64,000 nt of DNA from Callorhinchus milii. Its lineage: Eukaryota. The stretch covers positions 10,912,001 to 10,976,000 of the forward strand of contig NW_024704760.1 of the NCBI RefSeq assembly GCF_018977255.1, in the 5' to 3' direction. The notes below the pieces were generated by a model. That model was not told where the DNA came from and made no database searches. It worked only from the letters and a program-made list of their open reading frames with translations. Position numbers and translations under genes: made by a program. Below are positions 62,313 through 64,000 of this stretch, piece after piece. Position 1 is the first letter of the stretch. Every line of letters starts with the position of its first letter.

Positions 62313-63481
62313 TAATCTAATCCCTAAAATTTTTGTTTTGAATGTTCCATCTAAGTAGGTCACCACCACAACTGTTCGTCAAATCTCAATTCACAGCCAT
62401 CCTCACAACTAAACAGATAGCGTTGTATCGTGGAAACAAGAGGTTCTAAAATGAGATTTAAGACTTTCCACCCCTCCAACTTTCACTCTTATCCTGATAT
62501 CTCTGTACACAGGATGTACCGGACGCTACACTGTGTGAGGGCCGCTATATCAATGCAAGTTGTTGTTGTTACTCCAGGAGAAGAGGACACACGGTCAAAC
62601 TGGCTCCTCTTCCCCACTAGTGACCATTTTGTAACCTGTGAGCCTGGTCAGTTAGTGTCAACTAGCATCAGCCATTGTGGATGGGCACATTTAAGTCCGA
62701 TCCAGTCCACGTACAAATTCCACACAGTTACACACTCCCATAGGATCACTAGGTGGTCCACAGACAGAGGAACTTGACAGACTTTCTAGCTCCCCAACAC
62801 AAGGACGCTGAGGCCAACTGCACCATCTCAATAGATAACACAGCACTGAACCTGTGCCGGTATAATCAGCACTCGACCAAATAAGGGGAGTGACAGACCA
62901 AAAGACATTTAACTCTTATTTGGCATGAAGCCCCTTTGTGCAGGAGAATACCGAAATGTTAGGAGAATCAGGAAACAAATGGCACATTTATTTGAAAGTC
63001 GTTCCAAACAACTAATGAGAAACTTCCTTCTTTTTTTGAATAGTGCCATGGGATCTTTAACTTCCATCTGAACAGGCAGATGGGGAGCTCAGTTTAACGT
63101 CTCATTCAAAAGACAGCACCTCTGACAGTGTTGCATTGGAGCATCATCTCAGACAATGTGATTCCAAGTCCCGACGTGGGGCTTGAACCCACATGTTTCT
63201 GACTGGGAGGCGAGAGCGCTACCACTGAGGTAGGCCGACACAATGTGCCAACGTGCCTTTAAGTAAAACTGGAATTGGAGTAACTTTAAACAGATAACCA
63301 AGTCTGAATGGGCGCTTTGATTGAGATGCCACCAGCAGTAACAGGAGTAAATCCCCGAGCAAGAATCTGACTGTAACATTCCCTGTGTGTTAACAGTACC
63401 CGTTTATTTCATACCGATTACTTGGTGGTGCTGATCTCTGAACGCTGCAGACATCAGCACGGCTGCACTCTCCACACTGAC

Positions 63482-63602
63482 CTTTTTCAGATTGAGTCCG
63501 TGCGAGATGTTGTCCGCAGTCATGAATGCCGTCAGGAGATGTGTCACGGCTCCTGCCTCACCACAGTGCGGACGGAACAGAAACGTGTTCATCCCCCTTT
63601 CC
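63482..63602 (-). CDS. AMPD1: AMP deaminase 1 exon (RPHCGEAG motif)
   Basis: 121 nt, ttcag|G GAA...AAG|gtcagt; [47 protein letters not shown] and GLNLKK are AMPD1-type rather than AMPD2/3. Confidence 0.95.
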
Positions 63603-64000
63603 CTGAAGAAATAATAATAATAATCCTTGCATGTGATACAGAGCCTTATCAGATCTTCCTAGACGTCTCAAAGCGTCTCACAGTACATACTGTAAAGTGA
63701 ATTGAGCAAATTATTTTGTGAGTGAAACTTCTTCGCCAAAGTACGGCACAAGACACAAGTGGAGAAATACAGGAACGAAGGGAAAGCCTTCTCTGGCACA
63801 GACCAGTCCAGGGCATTATATACCTTCCCCCACCACCGTCACACCCCCTCTCCTCATCCCACTTTGCTGTCTTTTCACCGTTCTGCAGTGCAGAGCAGTG
63901 AACTCTTTTTCACCCACTGCAAGTGAGACAGTCTGCACGGACTCGAGATCAGAAAAGAGAAGTTGAAAATATAGGTCAGTTTTAATTACTGTACTTTTCA

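Overview
Vertebrate genomic DNA, most likely a cartilaginous fish (inferred from the Deu-type SINE/L2/CR1 repeat landscape and the protein sequences). It is very repeat-rich and has four N-gaps. Four spliced protein-coding genes lie on the minus strand, left to right: (1) BCAS2/SPF27 exons 1-4, with later exons not found in the window; (2) a complete 407-aa RASSF7/RASSF8-family gene; (3) an apparently intact MHC class I heavy-chain gene (leader, alpha1, alpha2, alpha3, TM, two probable cytoplasmic exons) with an ISRE and an X1/X2-like promoter module; (4) the last four exons of AMPD1. BCAS2 and AMPD1 mark the human 1p13 (NRAS) neighbourhood, where DENND2C sits between them. Here that interval instead holds a probable third RASSF7/8 paralogue and a lone class I gene in a non-MHC gene context. 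The class I gene keeps 7 of 9 classical peptide-anchoring residues and is the most interesting result. Other notable structure: a 28-bp tandem array of NRF1 motifs at the BCAS2 start, an 89-bp duplication of the RASSF 3' splice site around an L2 fragment, a 3-kb UG-rich satellite abutting the class I TM exon, and a SINE/L2 shared 3' stem-loop with compensatory changes. Exon boundaries were read by eye from GT-AG sites and reading frame; repeat boundaries are approximate. No database searches were run.
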